DNA of 64,000 nucleotides from NCBI RefSeq assembly GCF_009914755.1, contig NC_060932.1; one strand, written 5' to 3'. Numbering within the stretch: position 1 is the first letter of the stretch; each line of letters begins with the position of its first letter. The position numbers and the translations under genes are program-made. This DNA is from the human T2T-CHM13v2.0 reference genome, Homo sapiens. The notes below the pieces were generated by a model that was not told the origin of the DNA, did no database searches, and saw only the letters and a program-made list of their open reading frames with translations. This document shows, piece by piece, positions 44,291 through 57,600 of the stretch.

Positions 44291-44932
44291 TCATTATGAA
44301 ACTACTGAAAAACAAAGATAAAGAGAAAATTTTGAAAGCAGCCAGAGGAAAACAACGCATTACCTACCACACATTAGGAGAACAACAATCAAATTACTAT
44401 GGACTTCTCTTTAGATACTATGGAGGCTAGAAGACAGTGAAACAACATCTTTAAATTGCTGAGAGAAGGTTTAACTTGATAGAGGTCTGTTTGGAAGATA
44501 TTTGGGAGGTTAAAATCACCAGGATTTATTATTGATCATGGAAGAGAAGAGTCTGGTTTGACTCTGAGATTTCAGACTTAGGTGATGTGTTGCTAGTTTT
44601 GCTATTGGCCAAGACAGGGAGCTGAGTAGGACAATGTTTGAGAGACAGAGAATGGGGCAGGGTGTAAGAGCATAACAGAGTAATCGTGACAACCATTTTG
44701 GACACATTGAATTTTAGGCTGCTATAGAGGGCAGGAAGGATGGTATATTAGAAAAAGCACAAATTTGAAGCCATAAATACCTGAGTTTCACTCCTAAGGT
44801 TTGATAGCTGCATGAAGAGTGGACAGTTTCTTAATTTCTTGGCACTTCAACTTCCTCTTCTGCATAATTAAGAGACTGTTGTAAATATTCCATGTAAAAC
44901 ATTTATAAAGTTCCTAGTAAAGGACTCAGCTT

Positions 44933-45060
44933 GGCTGGGTGCAGTGGTGCTTCACACCTATAATCCCAAAACTTTGGGAGGCTAAGGTAGGAAAGATAGC
45001 TTGAGGCCAGGTATTTGAGACTAGCCAGGGGCAACATAGCAAGACCCTGTCTAAACAAAA
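44933..45060 (+). mobile_element. Alu monomer (FLAM_C-like)
   Basis: Single left arm; TSD-like aaaggactcagct / aaagaacttggct. Confidence 0.85.
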
Positions 45061-45559
45061 CATTCTTTAAAGTAAAAAGAACTTGGCTCTCTATAACCAA
45101 GGGTTCCTTTTTAGTCCTTTTCCCCTAACTAGACATCCAAATGGACATGTAAAGTAAGCAAATTCGATGTAAGAGGCTGGAGCTCAAAAGAATAGTCTGA
45201 TCTGGAGATATAAATTTGGCCTGTTATTGGTGCCTAACTAGAAGTGGGAATAAGTGAGCATTCCCAAGGAGAGAGTGCTAAGAGAAGAATTATCTGTTGC
45301 TGCAGAACAATGTACAATGGTATACGATAGGCATACGATAACTACAGTAGACATTTCCATGTATAAAAGTAGGAAACAGAAGACACACAGGAGTTTCTGG
45401 TCCATAGAAATTATTAAATTCAATCAGATAAATGTTGGAAGTTTCTTAATTAGTACTCAGTATTACTCCTGCTTAGAAATAGCTCCCCGTTGCTCGTGGC
45501 TTTGTGCACATGGCTCCAGCCTCTGAGTCACCCATTCTTTTCCATGAAAAGTAGCTTTT

Positions 45560-46960
45560 GTTTGCACCTTGTAGTTTTCCCAGCCTGCTTTCTGCTGGTA
45601 GAATTTTGAAGGTTCAGAGTCCTCTTTTCATTTTGTACTGTCTTTATCTCTTTCAGTCTAAGTTGGCAGTGTTTCTGCCAATATTATTCTTTAAACAACT
45701 TTGTAGGTCTCTTTTTATTCTTACTGAGGTTTACTATATTAGACAAAATTAACACCCATGTATCTTTTAGATAAGCCCTTCTCTACTTTAAGATTTTTCT
45801 GATATTACTGAGGGACATAACCCTTAAGAGTCTTAGAACTCCTTTTGTTTGACTAGCTCTCTGAGCCATCAATTTAGGTCTTTCTAAGGTCTTTCAAAAG
45901 ATTTTACAGGCATATTATTTGCTTCATATTTAGACCCAGCTTTTCCAACCATGTCCTGGATTTGATCTTTGCTGGGAAGCCATTTCTTGATTTTAGCATC
46001 ATTTGCATCTGATAAAGCTAGGAACTTTCAAAATAGCAAATCCTGGCTCCTTTTTATCTGACGGTCCTTCCTTAAGCTTGTATCTCCCCTTGTGGGTTTT
46101 AATATTAGCAGCAGGTAGAAGCTAGGAGGCACTTCAACACTGCCTGGAAATCTACTTAGCTAGATCATGTAGTTTATTAGGCAAATTTTCTACTTTCCAT
46201 GTTACTGCAGGTGATAGTGTTGAAAAACTTTCTGCCACCACATAGCAAGGATCCCCTTTCCACCCATGTCCAATAACATTTTTCGCACTCTGTAGCTGGC
46301 AGTCTCCTGTAGGGCCATCACGTTTCTATTAATAATCTCTCTGAAGTATGTAGACATTCACTAACAGCCTTCTCAAGTTCTTCCAGTTTTTACTCACTTT
46401 CCAGCTCCAAGCCTCCTCCACATTTTAGGCTTTTGTTACAGTAGTATCCCATTTACAGATACTAAATCTCTATTAGTCACCTATTGCTGTATAAAAAATT
46501 ACCCCAAAACTTGAGTAGTTAAAGCAATAAGCACTTATTATCCCACAGTCTTGTTAGTCAAGAATTTGGGGCATGGTCTAACTAAGTGATTCCAGCTCAG
46601 CGTTTCTGATAAGGTTGTAATCAAGACATCACATGGAGCTGCACTCCTCTGAAGGCTCATCTGGTCTGGAAGATCCATCTCCAAAATACTTACCTACATG
46701 CCTTTTGGTAGGAGGCCTCAGCACTCCACTACAGGGATCTCTCCAGAGAGTTGCTCGAGTAATCTCATGACATAGCAGCTGCTGTCTTCCAGATCAAGTG
46801 ATCCAAGGCAGAAGCCACAATATCTTTTATGTCCTAGCCTCAGAAGTCATTCATTGTTTTATTTGTAATATCCTACACAGATCTGTCCTATTCAGTGGGG
46901 GGAACATAAAGGCACAGATAACAAGAGGCAAGGATTACTGGGGCTGTCTTGGAGGTGAGC
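45560..46960 (-). mobile_element. MLT1 (F/G-like) LTR at about 46470-46960 plus adjoining MaLR internal sequence
   Basis: tattagtcacctattgctgtataaaaaattaccccaaaactt (LTR end); cacattttaggcttttgttacagtagtatccca...tactaaa (internal junction). Confidence 0.75.
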
Positions 46961-47529
46961 TTGCAAAAGGATCAGTAGCAGAATTTGCGAGTTGGGCTGT
47001 GAAATAGAATGTATTGAGGGGAAATAAGAGCTATGAGGAAAACCAAGATGTCACAGGAAAACCAGGACATAATGGTGTTTTAAAATCCAAAAAGGATATT
47101 TAGGGGGATAGAATTATCAGTGTTGTTAAATGTCCTAAGGGAACTGAGTGAGGTAAGAATTGAAAAAAAGAGACCATTGTATTTGGCGATTGGAACATCA
47201 TTGATGGCTCAAGGAAAGCACTTTCAGTAGAGAGAGGGATAAAAGCCAGATTACAGTGGGCTAAGAAGTGAATGGGAAGTGACGAAGTGGTGATGATGAG
47301 CATGAATTTTTTTTTTTTTGTCTTAATTATGTGTTAGCTACAGAAAGCCACAGGTTTAAGGAACAATTTTAAATGGAAGAGAGTTAGGCACATTAATATA
47401 GAAGAAGAAAGAAATGCGAGATTGATGATCCAGAAGAGAGAATGACTAATGGCATAAAATCTTAGAAGGGAAGAAAAGGAAAGAATTCATATCACGAGTG
47501 GAAGGATTGACCTTGAATGGGAAGAAGTT

Positions 47530-48013
47530 TATACCAAATTTTATTGCTGTTTAACAAACCATCCCAACACTTATTGACTTAAAAACCATTTATTAGCTCG
47601 TGAGTCTGTTGGTCAGACATCTAGGTGCACTCAAAAGGTTCTTCTGTGGGTCTCACCTGGTCTCACTTAGGAGGCTGAAGTCAGCTGGAGGTCATTCAGG
47701 GCTGGGTGGTCTACAATGGCCTCACCCACATATTTAGTGGTCAGCAGGCTGTTTGCCAGGTGTCTTGGTTCTCATCCACGTGATCTCACCAACAAGCTAG
47801 CCAAGCTTCTTCACCTGGTAACACTGTCCCAGGAGAATGAGAGCAGAGACTCCAAGGCCTATTGAACCTGGGCTCAGAATTCACCCAGCATCACTTCCGC
47901 TACATTCTGTTGCGCAGAGCAAGCCACAAGGTTAAGCCAGATCCAAACAGTAAGGAACTAGATCTTGGTGAGAGTTGCTGCAGAGAATTTGTGGCCATTT
48001 GCAATGTACCACA
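47530..48013 (-). mobile_element. MLT1H-like LTR inserted in L2
   Basis: tattgctgtttaacaaaccatcccaacactta...gtggccatttgcaatgtaccaca. Confidence 0.72.
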
Positions 48014-48189
48014 ATAGTTTCCTCCTTGAGATAGGAGGGAGAGAATGAAGATGGACATGAATATGGTTGAGGTTGTATTGGATGTTTGCTGAGAATGAAA
48101 GGGAAGAAAAAGAGGGCTTTGAATAAGGTATTGTTTCCACAATATTTAATCCTGTATCTTGCTTATAATAGACAGCTGATAAGTGTTCC

Positions 48190-48363
48190 TTTATTTTTAT
48201 TATTATTTTTTTTTTTGAGACAGAGTTTTGCTCTGTGGCCCAGGCTGGAGTGCAGTGGCACGTCCACAGCTCTCTACAGCCTCTGACTCCGGGGCTCAAG
48301 CGATCCTCCTACCTCTGCTTCCAAAAGTGCTGGGATTACAAGAGTGAACCACCACACCCAGCC
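48190..48363 (-). mobile_element. Alu monomer (FRAM-like) or deleted Alu, antisense
   Basis: T tail plus a single arm; TSD ATAAGTGTTC / ATAAATGTTC. Confidence 0.85.
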
Positions 48364-51300
48364 AATAAATGTTCATTGAATAAGTAAGTTTTGGGATTTC
48401 TCAAGAACATAGATTTAAAATCTTAATAATAAAATTGTCAACACTGTTCTTTGCATAATGTTGGATACTTTTGTATATACTATTAATATACACAGAAAAG
48501 AGGCACTGATCTCAAAATATATGCCTCAATATACTGTCAATTCAGTTGGGCTCTTAAGAGTAGCTCCTGGTCACACACCCCTCCCCTTTTCCCATTCCTG
48601 CCCCTTTGGCCTCCTTATGGCCTCTAATGAAAAATCATAAAATAGGAACATGCTACAGGAGGAGATTAGCAATATACTTCAAATTGGCCACAACTTTCAT
48701 GTATGTCTAACTCTTCACATTTTTGTTTAGCCTTTTGTGCTTATTCTATGAAAATTTTTGTTGTTTATCATAAACTGAAAGTATATAGTGTAATCACTAA
48801 ATATTATATATTTAAAGTAGATGTCATTACAAGTTAAATTTGCCACATATTGTCTTTCTCTAACTGTGGAAATAGTTTCCCAGAAATCTACAGTATCACC
48901 CTTATTGTTGTGTAGGGCACAGCTGTCTGCAACTAGCAGTTCCATTTGGGGAGGAAGGATTTTATGCCTTTGCTCCCGAGTGGCAGTAACAAGCTTCTTT
49001 TTATTGTTGCTGACATTAAGATAGCTAAAATCAACAGTGAGGTAAACACTTCTTGGGACCATCTGGCAAGCATTTTAATCCAAAATATTCTGTAAACACT
49101 GACTCCATTTGAGTACCCAGGAACTACCGTCCAGCCGCCATCAACTGCATTTTTATTTCAGTTTTAAGCAGTAATTGAAATAGCCAAAAAAAAAAAAAAA
49201 AAGGTAGTCTGTAGGGATTCCAGGAAACTTACATTCTCTGAGGGAGCTTACAGTGCCTTTTGAAGTCACCAGTAGAAGTAAATGGGGTCCTAGCAGTTTT
49301 GGTCATTAAGTATTTAATGCACAGAGCATATTTGGATTTTTTTCATTTTCTGTTGGGAGATACATTCTACCTAAATCAGAGGCAGAAGTTTAGGGTTGAG
49401 TTTTCCTTTTCCTTTATATTTCAAAGTTTCTTTGTAAAACTAATTTATAAAATGACCAATTTCAAGAATTTTAAAGTCTTTCACAAGAAATGGCAAAGAT
49501 AGGATTGTGATAGGGTCCTTTATCCAGTCCCAGGGCTGATTTCTGGAGTTTTCTGCAAGCCTGCATGAAAGAGAATGGGGATATTTCAAGTGCAAAGCGC
49601 CCAGAGGAATGGCTGCTGGTGCGGCTAATGGTCTCTCTCTTCCTCCCCTGGCAATAAATCTCAGATATTGAAATATAGCTTTGGAGAAAAATATACTGAA
49701 GATTTCTTAAGCTTTTTACAAGACACTCAAAGCCTTTTCACAAGCCAGTGCTCTGCAAATGTAAATTCTTGATGTCTAAACATAAAGGTCCTTTACTGAG
49801 CTAATTTTAAATGTGAATTTTAATACAGAGTACTTGGAGAAAGGTAATGCAGCTGGCCTATTAAAGCATGGTATTTTGCCATTTTTAAGTAATGGGAAAT
49901 ACTGATTAAGAATGTTATAAAGATTTCAGCATACATAATGTTGTTGTCTTTAATCATAACCTGTTACCATGAGTCTGTGTAACAAAAGCATTAACTCAGA
50001 GACAATGGCATACCTATTATACTGTGGCACTTATTATTTCCGTGCTTTTAAATTATTTCCAGAATATTGAAGAGCTTGTTATTTAAAGGTCAGAATAATG
50101 CCCAGGACATGGCCAAGCCCACTGAGTGTCAGATGCATGGAATGTTGGATGACTTCATAGTTATAAAATTATTTCATTTCTCATGATAATTCCGGACTTG
50201 CCAAGTTAGTGAATTTTAAGAACTCTGAGAGCAGATTTTAAGATAAATGTGAAATAATCCATACTTCTGGAGTCAGGGACTTCCCTTCAGGCATTAGTTC
50301 ATGTTTGACTTGCTTGACTTACACTTGGGGATAAAATGAGTTAGGACAAGGTCTTAGATACCACATTCCCTTACTGGGAAAGAAAACCAACTTGCACAAC
50401 TTTGGCTGGCTCATATTTCTTGTTATACAGGCACTAAGAAGCAGCGGTTGCCATGAAATACTTTATTTAACCTTTACAAAAATGTTTTCTTAGTACAGCA
50501 AGGCAGTTTAGTTAAATGAAAATAAATAACTGTAAAAATTTTGGATTTCTCTTATATCCATCTATTGACTTCTTTTTTCTAATTAAAAATTAAAGATAAT
50601 TACAGTTGTCCACATTGCCATGATGACTAAAAAATGAAGTTTATGTAAAAATCACTTGATCTTTTCTTAGGACATGTGTTGGCATGTCTTCTATTTTACA
50701 TTAAACTGAATTTTACTGAATAGTGAATGTTACATCTGAGAACAGTTTAAAAGAAAGTTTTTATTCAAACTTTAGGTAGGTTTCTCTATTGTTTGTATTT
50801 TGTCAAAATTGATTTTCAAACAAACAAAACCTGACAATTTGACTCCCAGAATATTTATTCAAATCCGAATGACTAACAGACAGCCTCTCCAATTTCTTAT
50901 CTTGTTGCTCCCATTTCTCAGCTCACCTAAATTATTCATCATCATTTCCTTCTAACATACTGTTAACTCTCCCACTGAAGAATTGGGTCTAACCAAATGC
51001 ATGATCACCATTGACTATCATTCTGTTAAGAGTTTGTCTGCATAGCATCAGAATCTCCTGGTTGTTGACATAACTTAAGCAATCAAAGTCGTATTTATTT
51101 TACTTATTTTTAAAAAAAGAAAATGTGAATTATTTCAGATTTTATAGACAGTCCCTCCTCTTCTGTATGTACATATATATCAAAGTTCTTTGAATCTGTG
51201 CTTTTCAACCCTTTGTGGTGGTACCAAGGGTAAACAGTCTTAAGGACTGTCACACAATTCTAGACTTAAGGCAGCTGTTAATATCACAGCTCATGTTTTT

Positions 51301-52825
51301 TCAGTCACGTATCATTTATAGGGAAGCCTTTAGAAGAATGAAAACAATAGATATGTATAATGTTGAAATGACCTATTTAAAACAAGCCTATTTATCATTT
51401 CATACTTTTTTAACTGTATTTATATCTGATTTCATGATTGAAATGGTCAAAAAAAGTTATGCATAAAATTTAAAAATGAAATATTTTAATGCATGAAACA
51501 TCTTTCTCATTAAATCTTTTTGCAAAAATGTTTATGCAGTATATTAGTTTTCCCTAATTTAGTTCACTTAGATTTAATTTTTTTTTAGCCCAGAATACCC
51601 ATGAAGCATCTCATTGTTTTGTAGAAAATAATTTAAATGAAAAATGCTACTATTTTCCCCACTTTTCTTTTTTTAGGTTATTTTACATATGTAAACTTCA
51701 GCCAGAGATTGAACAGAGAAAATTCCTGAACAATAAAAATCCATAAATAAATTCTTGAATTTAGAGTTGTGTTTATAGTTATTTGTGAAAAATAATAAAA
51801 AGATTCTATGGCTTGATTATAGGTATGTTGAAACATGGATTAAGCCTTAATGTTTGCTAGAAACATGTGAAATTTGATACCCTGACTTACCCAGGGAAAT
51901 TCAAATGACTATTACAAAGTATATGATGAAATGACACAATGCACTGTTTTAAAGCTATGAAGAATATAGATATAACATATGAGTAGCATTATTTCAAACA
52001 GCCAAACAGTGACTTTCTTGTCAGTTACTTTGTTCCATTGTCTCTCACGTATCAATCCCTGGTGTTTATTGATGATTGATGCTCTGAGAGGAAATAGCAG
52101 TTACTGACCTAAGAGTTCACTTTCTCTTCACCCTTCCTTCCTATATCTCTCTCCCACCCTCTGTCTCAAGATTTGACCTCCTAAAACAATGATTTTTTTA
52201 TTCCAGAGTGACTCCTTCTTTCCAAAATCAATATTCAGTGACTCCATTTGGGTTACAATCAAAACTATTAGAGGAAAGTAAGCTGACAAGTTGATAATAG
52301 AAAGTTAATTTTCTAAATTCTGTTGACAAAACAAATGACCAGGAGTTGTTTTCACAAATAGTTTGAAGCCATAGCTTGCTGCATTTATGGCTTGTCTTTG
52401 TTTCTAACACAGTCGGTATGCTTTGTAGACACAAATTTTGTGCAGAAAGAACTACTCCCTCCCTGGTTGTCACATGACAGGTTAGGTTGTCACCTACTTT
52501 TGTTTATCGGAAGTAACATTACTGTCATCTTTTGTTCTATTTCAACATGTCTTTCTTATTTTGGGGAGTAAGTAAAATACATTCTCTGGTCCAACTTTTA
52601 ACTTCCCCAAGCAGAACACCTCAGAAGCCCTATGTTTTTCTTACTCTAAAAACATTTTGCAGTGTAATTATTCTTACTGAATATCTGTTTATCCTACTAT
52701 ATTGTAAGCATTTTCAGCCCAAGTGTACTGTCTAGTTCTTTTCTGTACCTACCATGTGTAGTACAGTTAGTTGGCTTATAGTAAACATTTAATAGCTGTA
52801 AATCCTTAAAAATACTTGCCAAATT

Positions 52826-53126
52826 GAGCCAGGTACAGTGGTGCATGTCTGCAGTTCCAGTACTTGGGGAGGCAAAGGTGGGCAGATTGCTTGAGTTCAG
52901 AAGTTCAAGAGCAGCCTGGGCAACACGGCAAAACACTATCTCTACAAAAGATACAAAAATTAGTCGGGCATTATGGTGCATGCCTGTAGTCCCAACTACT
53001 CAGAAGGCTGAGGTGGGAGGATCACTTGAGCCCAGGAGGTTGAGGCTACAGTGAGTCATGATCGTGCCACTACACTCAAGTCTGGGCAATAAAGGGAAAC
53101 CCAGTCTCAAATAAAAAAAAAAAAAA
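52826..53126 (+). mobile_element. Alu (AluJ-type)
   Basis: Dimeric Alu with A tail. Confidence 0.92.
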
Positions 53127-55052
53127 CAAGCTGTGGCCCTAGGGAAAAAAGCTCACATAATTGCATTAAATGGCTCCTAAGAATCATGTGAATATGTAAT
53201 ATAGCAATATAGCAAGCCAGACTCTGTGCTAGGAATTATGGAGACTACAGAGATGAACTGAAGATCATGTCACCCTCTTGGCAAAGTGCCAAGAGGGCAA
53301 GTTGGGAAAATTTGGCTTTCATTAGGAGGTTGAACTTGAATTTTTAAAATAGAAATGTGTAATTTCTTTTTACCTAAAAATGTGACCTCTGTATGCATCC
53401 TATTAGACATTTTTTTTATTTTAATAACATTTTTGTCTGATTGCCAAATAAGACATAGTTGTAATACAAAATTTGGAAATTACCTGAGGAAGCACACAAA
53501 ACACACATGGAAAAAAGGAAACTTAAAATGCATAATCCTATAACCCTAAAATAACCACTGTTAGCATTATGGCTTATTTCTAGCCTTTTTCTTCCTTTGG
53601 AATAGGTATACATACTTTTTGTTTATTTGTTTTACAAAAATGGGGTGTACTGCCCATACCTTTTTGTAATGTGTGTTTTTCAATTAATCTGTTGTTAACT
53701 GATAGCATTAACATGTTTTCCTGCTATGACTGTTTTTCAGTCATTTGAAAGTGCTCTACAGTGTAAGTATAGTTTTGAATAGAGGCTCTAAGTAATTTCA
53801 GATCTTTTATCTTTCCCTTCCCAACACTCTGGCCCTGAAGAAATCACTCAGCCTCTGTGTACCTCCATTTGTTTTTTCATCTGTCTACCTTACAAGATTG
53901 TTTTAAGGAATAAGTAATATTAAAAATCACTTAGCCCAGTGCTTGACACATAATGTCTAATAAAGGAAAGCTGTTTTTATTTTTACTGTGTTATTTGACC
54001 AATTTCCTAATGCTGCCAAATTTTTATTAAAATAGCACTGGGATAAACATACATCTAGATACATTCTTTACACACATCTGTAATTATTACCTTAGGATAG
54101 ATTATTTCATAGAATTGATGCATCAATAGGTATTACAAGTAAGATTTTTTTATATAAGGATTACCTTTCAGCCACAATTTTTATTCCAACCAGCTTTTTA
54201 TGAATGTGTCAGGTTTCCCTCTATTGTAAGAGGTTGTTTCATGCTAATTGCACAGTATTTGTGGCCTTCAGTTAATTCAGATAATCTTGAGAGAGAACTT
54301 ACAGCACCCATAGTTTGTGGAAGAATAGCCAACACTTATATCACGACAATGCAGCCTCCATTATATCACACCCTGAATGATTTAGAAAGGCTTTCTCAGT
54401 TGAGCTTACTTTCTCTTTTTCTTTTTCCTACCAAAACAAACTACATCAAAGGGTCCAAAAATAAAATTCAGTTGTATTTATTTAAACTTACTCTTTTAGG
54501 TGGGAAATTATATTCTATAAATGTGAAAGGATATGCAGGGCCCTCAGAATTTTAGCATTAAAAGTTTCAGCATTGAATTGACACCAAGCATTAGTCATTA
54601 CCTAGAAATTTTTCTACTTAGTTTTTGGCATTATTTCAGATAACGTTGAACATCCTGAAATTCAAATTCCTTGAAAAAGCAATAATAAGCAACATATTTC
54701 ATTTTTATGCTAATTTAGTAGTGTGGAATGTACTATCAGTTCCACTTAGACTCATGTATTCCAAGCAAGTGATTTAATTTCGATTCAATTGACTTTCCAG
54801 AGAGTATTTTGGATAGACAAGAATTATTTTAGTATTTTAACTTAATTTTTACTCATGATGCTCACCTATTGTATCATTTTGGGCCTACTTGATATTTTAA
54901 TATCAGTACTGCAGTATCTGAATTATGAATCTGAGGGATTACACTGACTTGGCGTTTAATCTAATATTATTATCCCTGTAAGACAAATCTGTGTTGAAAG
55001 ATCATTCAAAATAGGAAACTCTTGTAAATATCTTGATTTAATACTCATTTTG

Positions 55053-55490
55053 GTTTGGGTTTTGTTTCGACATTCTTGAGTTTATTTGGACAGACCTGGG
55101 GTGAGAGGGCCCAGCACCTAAAAGAAGGTGTTGGGCCTCGTGGTGTTGAAGCTTGGCTTGTGCTGGCGACGCAGGATGCCATGAGGCAGCAGGAATTCGA
55201 TCTCGGAGTTGTAGAATGGCTTGGCTGATGGCTGGCAGCACTTGCTGGCTGCAGTTTTTTCTGCCTTCATGATCTGGATTGAGTGGGCCCAGGCACAGTA
55301 CCCAGTGTCCATGTCTTAGTCTGCAGAAAATAGGAGGCAGGGTGACCACATTCACCAGGATTTGGGCATATGGCCAACCTCCTATCAAGTATCTGGCACA
55401 TCCTGTTTGGTATAGTAATTGCCTGGGGACCGCAACTGGGGACTGAATTGGGGACGGAGTGACTGCAGTCTCTGGCCCCAGGAGGCACTC
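55053..55490 (-). pseudogene. RPL18A: 5'-truncated retrocopy of ribosomal protein L18a (eL20): C-terminal coding part, 3' UTR and decayed poly(A), with upstream intron-like sequence
   Basis: ORF 55118-55312(-) aligns without gaps to the recalled RPL18A C-terminus (AHSIQIMK...LRRQHKP.F..RPNTFF*), about 40/64 aa identical by hand count; AATAAA at 55081-55086(-); decayed A-tail about 55053-55067; candidate TSD ATACTCATTTTG (55041-55052) / ATACTAATTCTG (55491-55502). The symbol is the parent gene. Confidence 0.92.
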
Positions 55491-55668
55491 ATACTAATTC
55501 TGTGATACCATTTTATGAACAAATATCACCACTGACATTTTAAGATATTTACTGTTGGTTATTTTGTATTAATCTTGATTTATTTATTCAACAAATATTT
55601 ATTGAATGCCTGCCATACACTAGGCTCTTGGGATATTACGATGAGTTTAGAAGTTTATAAAATAAATG

Positions 55669-55966
55669 GGCCGGGTTCAATAGCTCATACCTGTAATCCT
55701 AGCACTTTGGGAGGCCAAGGGGGAAGAATTGATTGAGGCCAGGAGTTCAAGACCACCCTGGGCAAAATAACAAGACCTCATCTTTACAAAAAATAGAAAA
55801 ATTTGAAAAAGCCAGGCATGGTGGCATATACCTATAGTCCTAGCTACTCGGGAGGCTGAGGCAGGAAGATCACTTGAGGGGTCAGGATTTCAAGGTTGCA
55901 GTGAGCTATGATGACACCACTGCACTCCAGTCTGGGCAATAGAGTTGACTCTATCTCTAAAACATA
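55669..55966 (+). mobile_element. Alu (AluJ-type)
   Basis: Dimeric Alu; TSD ATAAAATAAATG. Confidence 0.93.
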
Positions 55967-56979
55967 ATAAAATAAATGGTGCCTAAGTTTTGATATATAA
56001 ATAATATATAAAAATATATTACCAGAATATATATATATATATACAGTAGTTTATTTCACTTGGATTGCATGTTAATTTTTAAGAACTCTTAAAATTTCTA
56101 CAATGAATACAATGGATTGGGACATTTTTTGAAGTTGTTTAAATCTCCAGTTTCTGTTTAGAACATTACGTATTACTGTAGGGTAAATTACTATAAAATG
56201 CAAAAAAAAAAATACACAAATGAGTGTGAAGATAAAATTTTAATTTGTGATTATTGAAGTAGAAAAAATCTTGACAGTAGTTTTAAAATGAATAGTGAAA
56301 TATGTAACTTCACAAAAAAGTATTTGGTACCTTTATCATTTATGTTTTAAGATGCAGTTTAACATTTTTTATTTAACCATCCACTTTCTCTTCTTTGGTG
56401 TACTCTGTTTTCCTAGATTTTATCTTATTTTTCTTTCCTCTTAAATATATCAATTCAGGAATTCTCCCTTTGGACAAAACTGTAGGTGGTCCTCAGGGCT
56501 GATCCCCAATTCCCTGATCAGTAATTCTGTTTTAAGTTTTATTTTGTATAGAAAAAAAATGAGTTGAAAACTGTATATGCTTCCATCTGAGGTCTTCAAT
56601 GGGAAAACTATGAATTTAGTCTGGCTGCCAGCGCAGCTCTGGGGGTCTGCTGGAAAAAAAGAAAATGTACTCTCTTGGGACCTTCCATCGAGTGTGGCCA
56701 CTATACAACCTGCCTTATTGCTTAGTTTTAGTTGTCATCGAAAACTTCCAACAAGAATAGTTCCTGTTTGACTTTTCCCCCCACCGTGGAAAATATTAGA
56801 CACTATCTAAGTAGACCAAAGAGACTGAAAAGCCTGGATAGATTGAATGATGGTAGGGGAAGTAAGGAAGGAAAATCTTAATAGAAAAGAGGTGAAAGAA
56901 AATTTCCAAATTGATAAAAGAACACAAAAATGCCCTGGGCTTCAGGCAGAAGGGATAGTTATTTTCTGTGAAGCCCATT

Positions 56980-57600
56980 GCTTTCCTCTCCCCTGTATTT
57001 CTAGCCCACGTTGCCCCTCATGCAACTCCTGCAGTCTTCCTGCCTCTCCACGTGCTCTCACTCTTTGTCAGCACATTGCTCACTTATAGGGAAGATATCA
57101 GTGACTATCCACTAATTCCTGCATAAAGTGCAAATTCCTTAGTTTAGTAAATCAGTGCCAGCCACAATCTAAATCTATGTATTTAACCTTATCCTCCAAC
57201 CCTTTATCCACGTTCCCTTTTCTCTCGCCAGTTGAGATGGTTAACCTTGTCCCGAGCATGTGTACTACTTTGCACATCTCACATTGTCTTTTTGGCATGG
57301 GAAGGAACTATCATCTTTGCCAGTTGAAATCCTACCCAAACTCTGAGACCCAGCTGCTTCCCAATGTTTTCTTAATCACAGCAACCTGATCCAGACCCTT
57401 CCTTAACTGGACTACTATGTGACTGCTCCTCTCCTTTCCTGACTGCTTCATGTTAGTTATTTGTTCTTGCCTTATTTTCCCTATGTGATCATAAGCTCCT
57501 TGTGGGGCAAAGAACATATCTCTTCCTCTATATTTCCTCCATAGTGCCTAGCATATTACCTTCCTTATAGTACTTGAGTAATGAAAATGTGTTGGATAAT
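56980..57600 (+). mobile_element. L2 fragment
   Basis: gatcataagctccttgtggggcaaagaacatatc...catagtgcctagcata (L2 3' end). Confidence 0.6.

Noticed and set aside
55038-55488. 116-aa and 73-aa minus-strand ORFs overlapping the retrocopy
   Set aside because: They are alternative frames of the GC-rich RPL18A-derived insert, with no recognisable protein.
55321-55490. SNORA68 copy inside the retained intron-like segment
   Set aside because: It does not match the SNORA68 sequence as I recall it, and no H/ACA hairpin layout is evident. The insert appears truncated before it.
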